The position numbers were made by a program, and so were the translations under genes. From the NCBI GenBank assembly GCA_963749655.1, contig CAVVOB010000019.1:113643-177642 (forward strand): a DNA stretch of 64,000 nucleotides, written 5' to 3'. This document shows, in pieces, positions 60,768-64,000 of the stretch (positions are counted from its first letter, which is position 1; each line of letters opens with the position of its first letter). The notes beneath the pieces were generated by a model. The model searched no databases, was not told the origin of the DNA, and was given only the letters and a program-made list of their open reading frames with translations. The DNA is from Nitrospirota bacterium. GTDB taxonomy: Bacteria > Nitrospirota > UBA9217.

Positions 60768-61295
60768 TTATCGATTCGTTGCGGTTGCTGCGGGGGCAGA
60801 CGCGCTGCGCTGAGGTGAATCGTCAGAGAGAAAGGTTTTTGCGGATTCGATGATCTCCCGGGACAGGAACTCATGAACGGGAAGATGAATGCGGTCGTAG
60901 GGTGTTATTTCCTTATCGTTAAAATTGAAATTGACCGGATCCCATGTCTGGAACTCCTTGACCGATTGGCGGATCTGCTCATGCACCATCATTTCCACGA
61001 CTTCGAAGGTGACCCGTCCCATTTTCAGAAGGAGTCCGCCGAGCGGGGAATAGGCGTTCCGTTTCTGGATCTTGAGCGTCTCGATCAGCTCAGTATCGCT
61101 TATCAAGCCGTCTTCGACGAGCAGGTCTCCGATGGCCCGCGAATAGGGAGAAAAAGCCTGAAGGATTTTCCCCTGGTGCAGAAGCATCGTGCCGATATTG
61201 TTGCCGGATTCTATTACCAGTTCGCCTGTTCTGGTCTGTACGCCCAGCAAAAAAAGGATGTCCGCGAGAGAAAGACCGAGTGAATTATTTTTCAT
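60768..61295 (-). CDS. DUF4388/PATAN-like domain protein
   Basis: LADIL..L....RTGEL, IGDLLVEDGLI, LGGLLL. Confidence 0.8.
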   Translation of the reverse strand: MKNNSLGLSLADILFLLGVQTRTGELVIESGNNIGTMLLHQGKILQAFSPYSRAIGDLLVEDGLISDTELIETLKIQKRNAYSPLGGLLLKMGRVTFEVVEMMVHEQIRQSVKEFQTWDPVNFNFNDKEITPYDRIHLPVHEFLSREIIESAKTFLSDDSPQRSASAPAATATNR

Positions 61296-61400
61296 GATGT
61301 TTTATTTAATCACAAAAGCGCAGGCGTGTCAAACAAGATTTGCATCGGCGCAGGGGACCAGCACTGGCGGGATATCGTGGAATACAAGCAGCGTTGTGCG

Positions 61401-61838
61401 TCAGGCTGATTTGGTCTTCAGCGGATGCTGCAGCCCTGCAACTTCATTGGAGACGGCATTTCTGAGGGGCTGCGCCTGGCTTTCAAGAGCGGATTTTACA
61501 ATTCTCCCCAATTCCTTGGCCTTCACCGGCTTGTTCACATATTCAAAAACGCCGAGGCTGAGAGACTTCAGATAGGTTTCAACGGCGCCATAGGCCGTGA
61601 GCATCACCACGGGCACCGACGGAAGCATCTGCTTCAGCGCTATGAGGAACTCCAGTCCGTCCATGCCGGGCATCCGGTAATCGGTGATTACCAAATCCAC
61701 CTGTTCGCCTTCCCGAATGACAGAGAGCGCCGACTGCGCATCAGGCTTTGCAATCACTTTATACCCGAAGCGGTTCAGAATCTCTCCGAGACTTCTCAAA
61801 TTCTCAAGTTCATCGTCGACCAGCATCAAAGTCTTCAT
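61401..61838 (-). CDS. Single-domain response regulator
   Basis: LVDDE, ITDYRMPGMDG, LTAYG, KP. Confidence 0.93.
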   Translation of the reverse strand: MKTLMLVDDELENLRSLGEILNRFGYKVIAKPDAQSALSVIREGEQVDLVITDYRMPGMDGLEFLIALKQMLPSVPVVMLTAYGAVETYLKSLSLGVFEYVNKPVKAKELGRIVKSALESQAQPLRNAVSNEVAGLQHPLKTKSA

Positions 61839-62040
61839 GGTTTAGCTTCTCCGTTCGTGATGGTAAAAAAAACTCCCGATACCTGCGATGACCTTTGCCG
61901 AATTTAAGTAATGCAGTCGGATTCTGTCTGCCGGGATTTCAGTGCAACATCGTAATCTCAGCAGATGCAATTGTGCCCGCGCTTCAGGCGTTAACGCGCG
62001 TTAACGCAAGCCTACGATAAATGTATCCACGCTGGGAAAA

Positions 62041-62056
62041 AGCAAAAATAATGCCT
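62041..62056 (-). promoter_or_regulatory. Sigma54 -24/-12 promoter candidate
   Basis: AGGCATTATTTTTGCT = GG-N10-GC; TGTC-N8-GACA palindrome at 62098-62113 upstream. Confidence 0.6.
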
Positions 62057-62166
62057 TAATGAAGTCGCAACAAAACAGTACCTTACAAACTGATGTCTGT
62101 CAGATTTTGGACAGTTTTTGCAGAAAGACGCCGCAACATGCCGATTCCCTTGAATATCCTGACGGT

Positions 62167-63594
62167 CTAATTTCGGACAGCAAGACCTGCCGGGTCACTG
62201 TTTCTGGCCGGATCGGAAGAATCTACGTCCGATAAAGTCCAGGAATCAATTTGAATGCCGTGCTTCTGCAATTTGCTGTAAAGAGTCGACCGCGGAATCC
62301 TGAGCATTTTTGCGGTCAGATGCTTGTTGCCGCGGCAATCACGCAGCGTTTTTATGATCAGATCTTTCTCCGTGTCGCGGAGCGACAATGTCTCATGAGG
62401 GAGATGGGAATCCGTAATTCTTCCCTGAATATTTTCAGGAAGATCGGTCGGAAGAATCTGCGGTCCTCTGGCCATAACCATAGAGTACTCCACGGCATTC
62501 CACAGTTCCCTCACGTTTCCCGGCCACGAATAACGCAGGAGACTTTCGAGTGCTTCCGCGGATAAGGCCTGTGCCTTGCTCCTGTCCTTCAGGCGCTCCA
62601 TGAAATGATTGACGAGCAGAGGAATATCGCTCACCCGCTCCCGAAGTTCCGGCAGCAGTATGGTAATCACATTCAGCCGGTAGAACAGATCGTCCCGGAA
62701 GGTCTTTTTCGTCACGGCCTCTTTTAAATTGACGTTCGTTGCGGCTATCAGCCTGAATTCGACATGAATGGTTTTCGTTCCGCCGATCCGCTGAAACGAG
62801 TGCTCTTCCAGGACCCGCAGCAATTTTACCTGGGAACTCAAAGGCATGGTGTCGATTTCGTCGAGAAAAAGCGTTCCTCCTGCCGCAGACTCGATCCTGC
62901 CGATGGCGCGTTGACTTGCGCCGGTATACGCTCCTTTTTCGTGACCGAACAGTTCATTTTCGATGAGCGTTTCCGCGAACACTCCGCAATTGACCGCCTG
63001 AAAAGGACCATCCGCCCTCGTTGACCGGTTATGGATCGCCCGGGCGACAAGTTCCTTGCCCGTTCCGCTCTTCCCTTCGATAAGCACGGTGCTGTCCGAT
63101 GGCGCTATGTTCTCGATGACATCCCGTATGCGTTCGATGGTGGGATGGGTTCCGATGATGTCGTAATTTTTTTTCAATCGTCTGAGCTCGCCCCTCAGTT
63201 TCTTGTTCTCGGCAAGCGATTCATAGTATGCCCGTGCCCGGTCGACTATCTGAAGCAGGTGAGACGGAGCATAGGGCTTTGTTAAAAAATCAAAAGCACC
63301 CATTTTCATGGATTCGACGGCGAAATCTATAGTTCCCTTGCCGCTGACCATGATGACCTGGGTCTCGGGAGTCTTGGCTTTAAGGGACTTCAGAAGTTCG
63401 ATGCCGTTTATGTCCTTGAGCATGAGATCGGTAATAATGACGCTGTATTCTTCCGTCAGAGTCTTGTTCAGGGCCACCGTGCCGTTTTCTGCAAGATCGA
63501 TATCGTATTTGCCGTCTCGATCCAGAACTGCATAAAGGGCGTCCAGAACCATGGGCTCATCGTCTACCAGAAGCACTTTCGGTTTTGTTTTCAT
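62167..63594 (-). CDS. Sigma54-dependent NtrC-family response regulator
   Basis: Receiver domain, GKSGTGKE, ELFGHEKGAYTGA, LFLDEID, WPGNVREL, Fis HTH. Confidence 0.95.
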   Translation of the reverse strand: MKTKPKVLLVDDEPMVLDALYAVLDRDGKYDIDLAENGTVALNKTLTEEYSVIITDLMLKDINGIELLKSLKAKTPETQVIMVSGKGTIDFAVESMKMGAFDFLTKPYAPSHLLQIVDRARAYYESLAENKKLRGELRRLKKNYDIIGTHPTIERIRDVIENIAPSDSTVLIEGKSGTGKELVARAIHNRSTRADGPFQAVNCGVFAETLIENELFGHEKGAYTGASQRAIGRIESAAGGTLFLDEIDTMPLSSQVKLLRVLEEHSFQRIGGTKTIHVEFRLIAATNVNLKEAVTKKTFRDDLFYRLNVITILLPELRERVSDIPLLVNHFMERLKDRSKAQALSAEALESLLRYSWPGNVRELWNAVEYSMVMARGPQILPTDLPENIQGRITDSHLPHETLSLRDTEKDLIIKTLRDCRGNKHLTAKMLRIPRSTLYSKLQKHGIQIDSWTLSDVDSSDPARNSDPAGLAVRN

Positions 63595-63706
63595 GAATAC
63601 CCCCACACCGTACTCCCCTGCGCCGGCGCATCCGGACCGGCTGAGCATATGATGACAGCGGTCAAAACGATTCAGCTTTTCGTTGTAAGAAATTCAGAAA
63701 ACGTAC

Positions 63707-63735
63707 ATAATGCCGGCCAGTGGGCCGGGCATTAT
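63707..63735. terminator. Inverted repeat upstream of the NtrC-family gene
   Basis: ATAATGCC-GGCC..GGCCG-GGCATTAT. Confidence 0.4.
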
Positions 63736-64000
63736 TGCAGGTGTTCGAGATCGTGTTCAGTGACTCTACTTATCGGAATAAACGGGTAAAAACTTTAGGC
63801 TTTATAAATGGCGGGATAAGAGCAGATTGAGCCGAGGGGGGACTTGAAATTCACTATCGTATTGATTTTATTGTTATTCTTGAAAAAAATTTCAATAAGC
63901 TTCTGTATAATCTCCTTTGCTCAAGTTCCCAGCCAAAGCTCGAAAAATGACAGTGGAATAAACATCGCGATTGCGATTTCAACGCTCCGTGTTGTTTGTT

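Noticed and set aside
61296-61332. Fifth leaderless promoter before the DUF4388 gene
   Set aside because: TTGACA is present but the -10 match and spacing are ambiguous.

Overview
Bacterial chromosomal window of moderately high GC. The gene style suggests Nitrospirota or a deltaproteobacterium-like organism (inference only). Many genes are split by single-base indels, densest at about 24.6-28.8 kb, which points to an unpolished long-read consensus. Five blocks are visible. (1) 1-2141: recJ, tatA and mobA. (2) 2350-16928: a metal/copper-handling island with an OM barrel, copC, copD, a NosL-ABC cluster, SCO, a cytochrome c/periplasmic-binding fusion, a leaderless leader-like peptide, split-Soret cytochrome c, a Met-rich lipoprotein, an OM barrel, a redoxin and DUF2318. 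(3) 17113-38304, minus strand: a membrane-anchored PDZ-TM-GAF-STAND-TPR-SARP/BTAD regulator of about 1680 aa, two small ORFs, and a 15 kb run of secreted proteins. These are beta-propeller and RCC1 lipoproteins, tandem signal-peptide-bearing phage-fibre-like proteins, a dockerin-tailed Ig stalk and a cohesin-like lipoprotein. This block is the best candidate for an undescribed surface-display system. (4) 38512-51538: efflux genes (MacAB-TolC with coxG, CDF, mqnA, TetR-TolC-RND). (5) 51698-63594: an Rrf2-headed cbb3 oxidase operon followed by signalling genes. No rRNA, tRNA, CRISPR array, integrase or transposase was recognised.
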